Source: Lingula anatina
Lineage: Eukaryota; Animalia; Brachiopoda
Direction of reading: 5' to 3'
Assembly: GCA_051362555.1 (NCBI GenBank)
Contig: CM120645.1
Location: 7,874,001 to 7,938,000, forward strand
DNA length: 64,000 bases
A program made the translations under genes and the position numbers. The notes below the pieces were generated by a model. The model saw only the letters and a list, made by a program, of their open reading frames with translations, ran no database searches and was not told the origin of the DNA. Below, in pieces: positions 25,218 to 38,087 of this stretch (positions are counted from its first letter, which is position 1; each line of letters opens with the position of its first letter).

Positions 25218-28017
25218 TCACGTGGACAGGTCACGTGGTCCATCAAACACGTTTGGGTCACATGTTGGGGATATTGCGAAGCACCAAGCCGTTAAAGCAA
25301 TTGTCAGAAGAATGTAAATATACATTACAAATCTATCTACAACGGAAGCGGCGAGCTGCCATTCAGTTTTCGTTCGTGCTTCCTCTCTGGCCTCCTTCCC
25401 GCGGAAATCGTCTCCTCGCAGGGTTCGATGGATCTCATGTAAAACTAAAGTGGTGTTGTGGTAAGGATCGCTATTGTTGTTCTCTGCATTTTCTTTTTGA
25501 AAGGCAGGATTGGAGAAACCTTGCTTTCCGCTCTGCCTGGCGCCATATTTGATTTTTCTTGTGTCGACACCGTTGGGTTGCGCCAGCTTTTTTGTCAACC
25601 ATTCATAAGGGTCTTCCTATAGACGAAACATTAATAACAATAATAATAATAATAATACATCAAAGTGAAATATTGATTTTAACAGAAACATGAAACATAT
25701 GTGAAAGAAATCAAATATAAATAAAATTAATGTCACATAAAATGAAAGAATGTTTTCTCCATATTTTGAAAATATCGGTATAATGGGGTGCATTATTTCA
25801 ATGCATATAGATATTTCTATGGACTATTTATTGTCACAGTGGAACTGCACTGTGTATAACTGGTTAAGATTATGCGACAAATAGGTCAATCGATATATCT
25901 TAAATCCCAAATATAATCTTACTGATTAAGCCAAAAATTTTCCCAAATAATATGACAAATGTTATAAACTTTCAGCATTCATGAATTTATCTTCAATAAA
26001 TGTCATTAACACTGTTCGGGTCTTACGTACATCCGGATCTGTATATCCAAGCTGCTCATTCACGTCCTTTTTCATGCACAAAATGGGTGCCAGAGTAAAG
26101 ATGGCGAACTTCTGAGCCCAGCGCGGCAACTTCAAGCCCTTTTCCCCCTTGAAGTGGATGCTGCTAACTATTATGCTGGTGAGTGTGGAGGCACAAAGGA
26201 GAGCCAAGACACACGTAAGGTAGAGGCCTAGAAAAATGACAGATGTCTTTAAAAACGCTACTGATTTTTCTATAAGCATCTGACGGACTCAGCCTGTTTC
26301 ATTTATACATGTAGGTATAAACTTGCTGTAGGAATATGTTTTTACGTGAATTCAATCCAGGTTTATGAAAAAAAGGTTGGAGATAGTTGGTTAAATCACA
26401 GTTGATAATTGTTTGTAAGCTATAAACACCAGATTATAGACCATATTTGTACAATATCCAGCAAATCATACTTAGAATGGGAACGACGTCAGACTGTGTG
26501 GGTGTCAGATCCGAGACCAGCTGCAGGAACACCATCATGGCCAACACGGCAGTCACCCCAAAGGACACCTTTTCCCCGGATTCCACCGGTAGATAGAAAC
26601 TGATAGCCGTCATGATCAGTATCACGATACATGGCAGAATTAGATTGTAGATATAATACAGCGGCTTCCTGCACATGACTATGTAATATGTCACGTCGGG
26701 GTATGGTTCTGGACAACATGAGTAGTACTGCACCGTCCTTACTGCAGGCACCACACCCACGCGCCACTCTCCATTCTTTACAAACGTTTTGGTGTCTCCA
26801 TATTCAGTTTGGTTTTGGATGTCTAGTTGAAACCCGTCGTAGTGCCAAGAGCCGAATTTTATGGGACAGCTCTGTTTGTCGTTTGGGAAGTTGTAAATAT
26901 CTATGATACAGCTGCTCTTTAGGATAATTGGAGCTTTCCAACTCACGGTCCCATCGCTTGACACGGAGGCGGGATACGCACTTACATCTCGTTCTTCTTC
27001 CCGAACACTGTACATGAAAAAAATCAATATCGTTACTATTTCATTATACAAAGAGGGATCTTTTGAAGTCAAACATTTCCGCTTTTTGTCACCTTGAACC
27101 AAATATGAGTTCGGGTATGTTGAAGAAGTCAACATTAGGACAAGAATGTGGTCGACTCAGGGTGGGGGGGGGGGGGGGGCAAAACGGGCTCATTCCCCAT
27201 ACTTCGAAAGTACCTTCTTTCCCTTCTGATAAGATTCAGATATCATTTTTCTAACCCGTGACTTTTGAAACCGTGCTCTTGCCTTTTGAAACACGAGGCA
27301 TGACAATACCTCAAATCCATTAGTTATGTATGTGCGTTCATTTTAAAAATGCACTTCCATATATGAATTTGTACTCACTCGTTATATATAGTTATATCAG
27401 GTTTCCATATTTCTTCGAGAGTCACGTCGATTTGTGTGATATTGCTATGCTCGGTCGCGTTCCAGGAGAGCATTTCGTCACGCCATTTCTATGAAATATA
27501 GATGAAGAAATTATAATTATAACAACATGAAAAAGAATAGCGTACTTAATATTAATAATGGAATAAGATGAGAAGAACGTTTATTATCATTTAATTCAAT
27601 TTCAATTAAATTGACATATAATTCTTCTTCGGAATTCAAGTAAAAAAAAACAAAACTTCAGAAAATATTCTTGATTTTACCCCCCCCCCCTCCCCCCCCT
27701 CCCCCCCCCCCCCCCAATACTCACATACACTCAAAATCTCAAGGTAAAAACTAACAGAAAAGATTAACAGCGTCGCTCTGAATTAACCCATCACATATAC
27801 ACGCGCGATATGACTGAATGCACGTTAGGTCTCACCTGTCGTAGCCAGAAACTAAGAAACAATATCTGCTCCGCCGCATTCTGTGAATAGAAAAGACGGT
27901 TGTCTTAAAGTTCGCCACTGAGCTACCTAATTTGATAACTTGTAATCGTTTCTAAACAGTATATATGAATATGCATAATTCTGCGCTCTCTCGCTCTCTC
28001 GCTCTCTCTCTCTCTCT

Positions 28018-28060
<43 letters not shown>

Positions 28061-28185
28061 CAAATGAGAGAATATAGAACTGTAAAAAAATAGCAAGAAA
28101 TTAAAACCTTTGACAGGCATTCCGTGAATTATTATCTCTCTAATTTTTTAATTGCAGAATAACATACTGTTTTACTTCAAACGGT

Positions 28186-28216
<31 letters not shown>

Positions 28217-28489
28217 TAATAATAACAATAACTGTGAGCTACATTATATAATACTTTAAATTGTCAGGATCGTGTTTTGTACCCTTACCATTTCTATAAC
28301 TTGATTGACGCTAATATCCAGGTAAACAACAACGGTTTCGCTTTTGTTCTTTACAGGTCGAATGGTTGCATCATAATTCGCAAAAAGGTTCTTTTTAAGT
28401 TTGTAGGCCGCAGCGTAATAGTCATCAGAAGACGCTGCAAGTGAGGTAAATAACCTTGTGGTATTATGATGCAATCTATTATCACATAC

Positions 28490-28524
<35 letters not shown>

Positions 28525-29570
28525 GTAATATTGTCTTGATGATCAAATAAAAAACTGTAGGCTAACGCGTGATATAATGATAATAATAATAACGAATTCT
28601 ATTATGGTACATTCCATTAAAATATCAATGCGCCTTACAGTTTTTTTTAACTAAATATTACAATTTAAAAGAGTTAAATGTTACAATTAATGAAGACTTG
28701 AAACACCTAAAAGTTGAGAGTTAATGTAAAAATAGCAAACTAAAACTAAATTATAAATTGCAGATATAGCTTATTAATAACCTAATATTTTAAGTTTTAG
28801 ATTTAAAGATTATCATTTAAGAATACATAGATCTAAAGGAATAAAAACTGCTTGATTATTAACAATACACTGCTCTAAAAAATATAAGCCTTAAAAAATC
28901 TCTTTAAAAATTCTATGTCAGTCACTGCTCTTTTTTCAGCGGGTAACCTGTTCCAGCGTTTGGGTGCATACATCGTAAAGGCTCTTTCTCCGTAAAATTT
29001 ACCAACTTTTGTACTCTAAAAGAGCTTTTTCTTAGATTAAATGGGTACAAGTTGAAGACCTAATGACCCGTCCCTGTTGTTGTGGCTTAATGAGTTTAGA
29101 TATAATTAATTTAAACCTGGTAGAAGGAAAGTGAACCACACGCGCCGACTTTTAATAACCCACATGACCTCGAACCATTAAAAACCACCTAAGTGTTTGA
29201 ACCAGCGCATGGCTACAAAGTACACATTCACGCAGAGCTAATACCTGCATGAATGAAAATTGGAGTAAGAATATTGTCCTACCCTTTTAATTGTGTCACT
29301 TTATGGCTGCTAAAAAGCGGTGAAATGGAACAAGAGAGCTTCCATTTCAGCACAGCAAACCAGCTTTACGTAAAAGCTTGATGGATCAGAAATATAATAA
29401 GACATCACCGAAGTTAAACTGTCCATGCAGAGCATGGTTTGCCTCTTAAATGATATTACAATTCTGTTATCCACAGATTTAGGAGTTATTTTCAACTTAC
29501 CACAGACTTGCCATACACCTACAGACGTAATTGCCCAGATCATGAAATAATTCATAATTTTCCTCTTCAT
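25218..29570 (-). CDS. Nicotinic acetylcholine receptor alpha subunit A (alpha9/10-like), ~500 aa; exons 29570-29501, 28434-28289, 27880-27836, 27488-27379, 27007-26472, 26227-26031, 25616-25218
   Basis: Signal peptide; YDATIRPV; FWLRQKW; IWKPDITIYN; Cys-loop CIIDIYNFPNDKQSC; FGSW; loop C YYSCCPEPY (vicinal Cys = alpha); M2 preceded by GEK (cation channel); M4 after EWQLAASVVDR; all GT-AG in phase. Confidence 0.92.
27985..28058. repeat. (CT)n/(CA)n microsatellite
   Basis: Visible dinucleotide runs in intron 2 of subunit A. Confidence 0.85.
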
Positions 29571-29689
29571 GGTCTTCCCACTGACCTGCACTGACCCGAA
29601 GAAAGTCAAAGTGGACGTGGAATGCTGTGTTCATGCAAGCGTCAAAGCTACCCCTTAATGTAAACGCGTAGGCAAAGTCACCCTATTAT

Positions 29690-29810
29690 AGGCAGGTGAA
29701 ATAAAACGAGAGCATGAACGTCGTTATTGTGTTTTGTGTTCCTTTGTAAAGCGGGCCAATAAAATTACGCTCATGCCTAGATGTTTGTGCGCTGTGCTCC
29801 CAGGGTGCAT
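29690..29810 (-). promoter_or_regulatory. Conserved upstream block of nAChR A (also at ~31449-31565 and ~37398-37525)
   Basis: AGGTG(A/T)AATAAAA.NAGAGCA and GG(A/G)CCAA..CTCATGC blocks with a CCAAT-like box are kept at similar distance from the ATG in three copies. Confidence 0.4.
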
Positions 29811-30404
29811 AAGATAATATAATATAATTATAGGACCTTTTTGGCCTATATTTCCGTAGTGTAAATGATTCTCTTTCCTTTTCGAAGAATCCGCCTGTAA
29901 GAGCAATAAAATTCATCACTTTTGTCTGTTTGACATAGGTGTCATGTGCAATTTCTAAAAGGCAGTTGAGGGTATCCAAAAGGCATTTCAGTAGCTTAAT
30001 CATTTCAATTTTCTGAATAGGCTATTAATCAGCTTGCTATAATTATAACTCAAGACATCGACAATACTAACTAGTTTTCAGCCGGCTACAGCCCTTGGCA
30101 TAGCCGGTTAAATTGGCCCGTCACAAGGTGGCTGATGTGTTGAAATTAGCGTGTCATTAGTGTCATTAGAGAAACAACTCTTTGGTCAAGTAAAGGAAGT
30201 TGCTAATTTCAACAATAAAATATCAGGGTCCTCTATAAAAAGAATACAAAATTATTATGTATGAGCATGATACAAAATTATTGTAACAGAATACTACATG
30301 TAGCGCATACTGTGGTCAGAGAGTGGATAGTGCATCCTACATGTAGGTTACATTCGACTGTGCGAAGACTAAGGAACCCCTTCCTAACCTAATTACTTGT
30401 TTGC

Positions 30405-30632
30405 CAGTGGACAATAGAAGTGTCACCCCTACCGAACCAATACTTTGGGGGAGATAAATGACTGTGGAATGATGTGCTCCTGGTCTCATTTTATTAACAT
30501 CAAATTTCACAAAAAAAAATGAAGACCAGGCATTATACTGTAACTACTCAAGATCTGCCTACTTTGATTATTGATTACTTGATTATTATTTGATAACTCT
30601 GATTCAGGGGGTGACACTTCTATTTTCCATTG
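30405..30632. mobile_element. Tc1-like MITE
   Basis: Terminal inverted repeats CAGTGGACAATAGAAGTGTCACCCC / GGGGTGACACTTCTATTTTCCATTG. Confidence 0.65.
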
Positions 30633-31281
30633 TGTGTAGGTAAGCGAATAGGCAAAGGGCGTTTAGCTCCTCTGCCAGTTGCTTGTTTTGGGAAGACAAA
30701 AAAAAACAATCAAAGATGATTGGTTTTCTCTGGACCAGCGGGTATATTTGAACGGAACTAAATAGGTGGCGGCGTCAGTCAGCTGATTTCTTGAAAAGAG
30801 TAGTTTCCTCAAAAAAGTGCTAATTAGAGTAATTTGGTGCGTCTAAGCGAAAAGTAGAATATTTTATGGGGTTTGGAGGGATTTTGGAGGCGTTCGGAAA
30901 ATAATTGGGTATATCAGCCCGCTTGGTGCAATAATGGGGTTGACACTACCATTAAAAAACCAACTATTTGTTTGGACCAGCTCATGGTTACAAAGTACAC
31001 AAACACACAGACCTAGTACATGTTTGAATGACATTTAGAGTAAGAAAATATTTCCTTTTTATTACGTCACCTTAGGCCTATCGTTGACTTATCAGTGATC
31101 CAAATGACGGTGAAATGGAACAAAAGAGTTTCCATCTTAACACAGCAAACCAGCTCTACGCAGTAGCTCGATGGACCGCTGAAGTTAAACTGCCCATGCA
31201 AAGCACGCCTGTCTTTTCTCTTATATGCACGATGTTTCGCATTTTGATTATCCGCAGATTTAAGATTTATTTTCAACTTAC

Positions 31282-31348
31282 CACAGACTTGTCATAGGCC
31301 AGACGTAATTGCCCAGATCATGAAATAATTCATAATTTTCCTCTTCAT
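31282..31348 (-). pseudogene. Orphan duplicate of nAChR signal-peptide exon 1 with nonsense codon
   Basis: Translates MKRKIMNYFMIWAITSGL*QVC with intact GTAAGT donor; flanks (~30950-31565) mirror 29175-29810. Confidence 0.8.
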
Positions 31349-32827
31349 GGTCTTTCCACTGGCCTGACCTGACTTGACCTGACCTGATCTGAATAAGGTC
31401 AAACTGGACGTGAAACGTTAAAGTGCAGGCACAGTCACTTTCATATTGGGAGGTGTAATAAAAGCAGAGCACGAGCTTCGTTACTGTGTTATGCCTTTCT
31501 TCGTATTAAACGGACCAAAAGCATAACACTCATGCTAGGTTTTTGTGTTCCCAGGTTTCATTGTACATGTAAATCAGACAATATGATGCTTGTACGAGAC
31601 CTAGATGGTGCTAGATTTTGCTGTTGCACTCTCAGTGCTACTGCCGCCATTATGTGAATTAACGCGTTTTAGGGAGCGTTATCATAAACCCAAGGCATTA
31701 GTTGGTTCGATCTAGCTGTGTGGGGATTCTCAATAAATTGCATTCATTGTGAGCGGCTTAAATATCTGGCACGCCTACTCAAGCTGCCAGCGGGTAATTA
31801 ACGATAGTCAATTACCCCCTAGTTACTCAAGAGGGTGTTAGATAATTAAGCTGATTATGTTTGTGATAATCTTTTAATGATAATTAATCTAATAAATTAC
31901 TTATCAGTGTAGCACATTTTCCAGGTCTTCCTTAAGTTCCACATTCGAAAAAAAGCCTTTTTATTTAATCACCATTCACATTTAGGATTGACATTTGCGT
32001 ATGCAATTGAGGTCGACTTTATCCCGTAACCGGTAATACAGTGGGTAGTTACATAGGCCTTTAAAGGAAATCATCCACATAATTGCCCCCCCCCCTCCGA
32101 CACATATGGTTAAGCACTGTGAAGTATATGATATCATTTGACAAAATCTGTCCACTTTAACATATAAGCAAATGCAATCCACCCTGTTTTGCGGTTTGTT
32201 ATACCCCATTTCCAGTAAACTTGTGGGTTGCTAAGGCAAAGTGCCCGGATGACCGACTGTACGCCCGCTTGGTGACAGATGTCAGTGTTGCCCCTTAAAT
32301 CCTATGGAAGCCATTTTGTAAATTGACGCTTTTGAAACTACTGGTAATTTTCATAATAAACACCCCTCACTATTGTTGCATATCTGATTGTCAAAATCGA
32401 CGAGGTAGGCAACAATTTCCCAAGGATTGAGGGCATCCTCTGGCATATCAATTGTGTTTGCACAATCGCGTCTGTACGAAAGCAAATCGCCTTTGGAATC
32501 CCAGTCTAATAATTTTGTTTCCTGAGTTTCTGACACATGAACCTACACTTTCTTAAAGTTAAATGAAATGTCCTTATTGTTGGTTCCAATGTTATTTCTG
32601 AATATATAATTTGTGGGATCTATGTCCCTGGTCCTGCAGGCACTTGAAGTCTACAGTAAACGTCAGCCGGAAATAGTTCATCTACCACGTGCGGCGCGTG
32701 AACAGCTCAAGTCGTCGCTAAACAGTGGCTCCTGCCTTACAGCGGTGTACAAGAACTTCTGAAGTGCTACCAATTTACACACGCCGCCATGGTACGTCAG
32801 ATCATAATGTAGCTACTATCACCTGCT

Positions 32828-35800
32828 TCACGAAGTCAGGTCACGTGGTCCGTCAAACACGTTCGGGTCACACGGTGGGGATATCGCGAAGCACCAAGCC
32901 GTCAAAGCAATTGTCAGAAGAATGTAAATATACATTACAAATCTATCTACAACGAAAGCAGCGAGCTGCCATTCTGTTTTCGTTCGTGCTTCCTCTCTGG
33001 CCTCCTTCCCGCGGAAATCGTCTCCTCGCAGGGTTCGATGGATCTCATGTAAAACTAAAGTGGTGTTGTGGTAAGGATCGCTATTGTTGTTCTCTGTATT
33101 TTTTTCTTGAAAGGCGGGATTGGAGAAACCTTGATTTCTGCTCTGCCTGGCGCCATATTTGATTTTTCTTGTGCCGACACCGTTGGGTTGCGCCAGCTTT
33201 TTTGTCAACCATTCATAGGGGTCTTCCTGTAGACAATAAAGCAAAATAAATAAATATGTGTATAATAATAATAGTAACCAATTTGATTAAATTCTTAAAA
33301 CTTGAACTAAATGTTCTTTCGGTAATGCAGATATGTAAGACAAAAACCAAATCACACCTTGAACCGAACAACTCACTTTTTAACAGAATTATGAAATATT
33401 TGTTAACATCTCGGGTACAGATCAAATTATTGATGCATATAACAAATGGCTGATTGCCCAATATTATGTAAATATCAGTAGAATGGGGAGCATTGTTCCA
33501 ATACATAAAATATATTTACGTTATCAAATTTAAATGAAGTAATGGTTGCCAAAGTGGTGATTATCCATATTATGTATGTAGGTATAACTAGTTCACAAAA
33601 AAAAGTACGTCGATCAATATATCTAAAATCCCAAACAAAATGTTACTGATTAAGCCAAAACATTCTCCAAATTATATGACAAATGGTAGAAACTTTCGCC
33701 TCAGTCATTTTGAATAAAACGGCATCAATATTGGTCTGGTCTAACATACATCCGGGTCCGTATATCCAAGCTGCTCATTCACGTCCTTTTTCATGCACAA
33801 AATGGGTGCCAGCATAAAGATGGTGAACTTCTGAGCCCAGCGCGGTAACTTCAAGCCCCTTTCCCCCTTGAAGTGGATGCTGCTTACTATTATGCTGTTG
33901 AGGGTGGAGGCACAAAGGAGAACCAAGACACATCCGAGATAAAGACCTAGAAAAAAATGACATATTTCCTGAGCAAAAAAAAACGCTATTTAATTTTTTT
34001 AAACTGACAAATTCAGACCAACTTGTTTCATTAATTGGTATGTAATTGCTTTAGGAATTGTTTGCAAAGCTCTCTGGTTTTTACGTTAATTGAATAAAGG
34101 TTTATGGATGAATAGTTCAAGATTGTTGAACCAGAGTCGATGTTTTTTCTTTGATATCTCTAAATACCAGATAGTTGACAACCTTAATACAATGTCCAAC
34201 ATTAAAAAAAATCATACTTAGAATAGGTACGACGTCAGACTGTGTGGGTGTCAGATCCGAGACCAGCTGCAGGAACACCATCATGGCCAACACGGCAGTC
34301 ACCCCAAAGGACACCTTCTCCCCGGATTCCACCGGTAGATAGAAACTGATAGCCGTCATGATCAGTATCACGATACATGGCAGAATTAGATTGTAGATAT
34401 AATACAGCGGCTTCCTGCACATGACTATGTAATATGTCACGTCGGGGTATGGTTCTGGGCAACATGAGTAGTACTGCACCGTCCTTACTGCAGGTACCAC
34501 GCCCATTTGCCACTCTCCATTCTTTACAAACGTTTTAGTGTCTCCATATTCAGTTTGGTTTTGGAGGTCCAGTTGAAGTCCGTTGAAATGCCAAGAACCG
34601 AATTTTATGGGACAGCTCTGTTTGTCGTTTGGAAAGTGGTAAATATCCATGATGCAGCTGCTTTTTAGGATGATTGGAGCTTTCCAATTCACGGTCCCTT
34701 CATTTGTCACGGAGGCGGGATATGCACTTACATCTCGTTCTTCTTCCCGAACACTGTGCGTGAAAAAAGTTAATATCCTTACTATTTCATTATACAAAGC
34801 AGAGGCATTCATACTTAAGATGCATCTTTTGAATTCACAATATTAGCTCATGTATATTGCACTAGTCAACAGCAGTTAGTAAGCAATGGGGAACCAAGGC
34901 TGAGGGGGAGGGGGGCATGTCCAAAGCTGCGGAGGTCCCTTCGTTGTCTACTTATAAGATACAGACCACCTTTTCCCTAATCCATTGTGCGTTTTGAAGC
35001 ACGAAGCCTGAAACTCATTACCGACTGAACCTTCAGTTTAAAATTAGCTATGTTCTATTCTGTTTAGAGCCAAGAAAAATTAATTCTCCAAATCCAATAG
35101 CTATGTAAATGTGTGTGCTCATTTCAAAAATGCACTTCTGCACACTATTAATAAGTGTTTTGATGTACTCACTCGTTATATATAGTTATATCAGGTTTCC
35201 AGATCTGCGCGAGAGTCACATCGAGATGTGTGATATTGCTATACTCGGTCGCGTTCCAGGTCAGCATCTCATCACGCCATTGCTATTAAATATGGTTAAA
35301 AAAGAAAAAATAATTTAAAAAAAGACGATTAACAGAAAACTGAATTTTCATTCAAAATCATATACTGTTTGGCCACATCTCATTCGGAATTCAAGTTCTA
35401 AAATCAGAACGATTGAAAATATTCTTGATTTTACCCCTCTCCCGTCTCCCCCGTCTCCCCCCCCCCCTGCCCCACACACGAAACAAAGTAAATCTAAAAA
35501 AATTAACACAACATAGGAAAACCCTCTCACGCATTACCCATACAATGGGTATATCTCAACACAGAGTGGTCTCACCTGTCGCACCCAGAAACTTAGAAAT
35601 AATATCTGCTCCGCTGCATTCTGTGGACAGAAAAGACGTATTATTCACATTGTAAAGTTTGTCATCGAGTTGTCTTATTTCATAATTTATAATCGTTTCT
35701 AAACAATGTAAATATTACTAAACGGTAAGCATTCAGTTCAATGCACTGTTTATTTCTTTCTATTGCTGTAGGTCATGGGATGTTTATTGCTCTCTTCATT

Positions 35801-37286
35801 TATCTCATTAAAGTATATCTTCATTTATTGTTAGAGTCATGTATTATACTCTCACCATTTCTATAACTTGATTGACGCTAATATCCAGGTAAACAACAAC
35901 AGTTTCGCTTTTGTTCTTTACAGGTCGAATGGTTGCATCGTAGTTTTCGAAAAGCTTCTTCTTAAGTTTGTAAGCCGCGGCGTAAAAGTCATCAGAAGAC
36001 GCTGAAAGTGAGGAATATAAACAAAATTTGATGTTATGATATGAAATATAATCATATACCATCTCTCTCTCTCCTGTGTAATATTTATCTTGTCCCGGGA
36101 GTGATTAAATCAGGATAGGATGTGAAAATAGTTGCAATTTCCATTTACCGTGTTGTGCAGTTCTATGTGTACTATTACGCCCACATACGCATACATGTAC
36201 GTAAACGCACATATTTTATCGTTTAAGGAAAAATAAAAATAACTTTTTTTGTAAGGGTATACTAGCATGTTCAAAAATTTTAAACAAAAGTAGGTCTTTT
36301 TGTCAACTTCCCCTCCAATTACTCCATTTTGGTCGCTGTTCCAGTCCCAATTGCGCTTCGTTTGAACAGGTCCATAGGAGATCGGCTTTAACAATAACCG
36401 AACTTTTGGCGAATACCTTTCTATTATATAACATATCAAAGGCTATTTGTAAAAGTGCTCCGCGGGTATTCGTACAGAATCCTGCAGAGAAAATACGAGT
36501 AGAGTACGTATTAATACGACTTAAGTATGAACTAGAAGCATAAGATCGCATTGAAATAGTACAGGAAATGCTGAGGGTTAATAATTTTATACCAGCTCGG
36601 GGCAGTCGATGTATAAAAGCTTCGTCTCAAATTCCTCCATATTGCTAACCAGCAGGGTTGATCTTAGGAGAATTGCCCGGTTCTTAAATCCGACTACAAA
36701 AATCAAAACGCTGAATGTTTGTGTTTGCGTGTGTTGGTAGAGGGGCGGGGGTGGGGGTGGGGGGAGGGGCGGGGGTGGGGGGGGGCGTTGAGGAGATCGA
36801 ATGCCCTATGTTAAGATGCTGGTATATTTATCAATTTAAAGCAGTTAAAAAGAAAGTGAACCACACTTTCCGACTTTTAATAACCCTCACGACTTTGAAC
36901 CAGCGTATGGCTATCAGTACATGTTCACACGCACCTAATACATGCATGAATAAGATTTGGATGTAAAAAGATGTTTACTACTATTCTGCTTTTGTGTCAC
37001 CTTATCACTGACTAAAATGGAAGAAGAGATGCCCCATTTCAACACTGCAAGCCAGCTCTACATGAAGCTTGGTGGACCGATACAGGTACCGCTGAAGCTT
37101 GGGCATTCGTTATTATGTCAAAGGCTGAAGTTAAAGCTGGCCATGCATGTCTTGTCGCTTAAATGTACAATGTTTCACACTTAGATTATCCACAGATTAA
37201 GGACTTATTTTCAACTTACCACAAACTTGCCATACACTAGACGTAAGTGCCCAGATCATGAAATAGCTCATAATTTTCCTCTTCAT
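32828..37286 (-). CDS. nAChR alpha subunit B (close paralog of A), ~499 aa; exons 37286-37220, 36001-35856, 35620-35576, 35282-35173, 34753-34218, 33946-33750, 33226-32828
   Basis: Same motifs and exon sizes as A (146/45/110/536/197/399); Cys-loop CIMDIYHFPNDKQSC, YYSCCPEPY, GEKVSFGVTAVLAMMVFLQLVSD. Confidence 0.92.
36740..36786 (+). other. G-rich tract with G-quadruplex potential in intron 1 of subunit B
   Basis: About seven runs of 4 or more G separated by single bases. Confidence 0.6.
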
Positions 37287-37864
37287 GGTCTATGTCTGAC
37301 TTGCGGCTAGTTAAACTGGACGCGACACGCTTTGTTAATGCAAGCGTCAAAGCTGACCCTTTATGTTAGGGTGGAGGCACAGTCTTTCTGTTATAAGGAG
37401 GTGAAATAAAAGGAGAGCACCAACTCCCCCATTATACTATATATGTCCCTTTATATTTATGCGGACCAATAACATAATACTCATGCTTAGATTTTGTGAG
37501 CGGCGCTTCCAGGTTGCATTGTGCACGTAAATAAGACGGGGGGGGGGGGGGGGGGGGGGTTGAAGGGGAATTGAATAAAGTCATAGGAATAATACAACAT
37601 TTTTTTTATTTTTTATTCAACGAAAAAAGATTCACTTCTCAGGCATGTAAGCCAAATGGAATATTCAAAGAGAATATTCTAAGAGAAGTGCCCCACAGGT
37701 GAGGCTATGTCGATATTTTGGGATTAATGCCATTTTCGTTTTTTTCCTACACTCTTGCACCAGAATAATCTTGAATCATCTTGAAAAAGTAATACCGCTA
37801 TATCAATAAAAATTAACTACAAATAATTTTCTGTTATCTTCAAATGGACCTATTGAGAATAAGG

Positions 37865-38087
37865 ATGCATTCCCAGAGATTTAGATCGATCCAGAGATTT
37901 AGATGTAGTTGACCTAACTCCCTGGGGTTTCACGCTAAATTGCAGTCAGCCTAGCGCGCACCATAGTTAATTACCCCCTTACAGCTTTTAGTAGACGGGA
38001 CAGACGCTTAAGCCGGCTAAGCTGACAGTAATCTAGTGCGACTCCCCACAGGGATAGATCGATCTTAAATCTATGGGAATGGGGTCT
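37865..38087. mobile_element. Palindromic Harbinger-like MITE
   Basis: CATTCCCAGAGATTTAGATCGATC ... GATCGATCTTAAATCTATGGGAATG termini; core shared with 17776-17894. Confidence 0.6.

Noticed and set aside
32351-32536. 61-aa minus-strand ORF with protein-like composition
   Set aside because: No recognisable domain or partner exons; lies downstream of subunit B.
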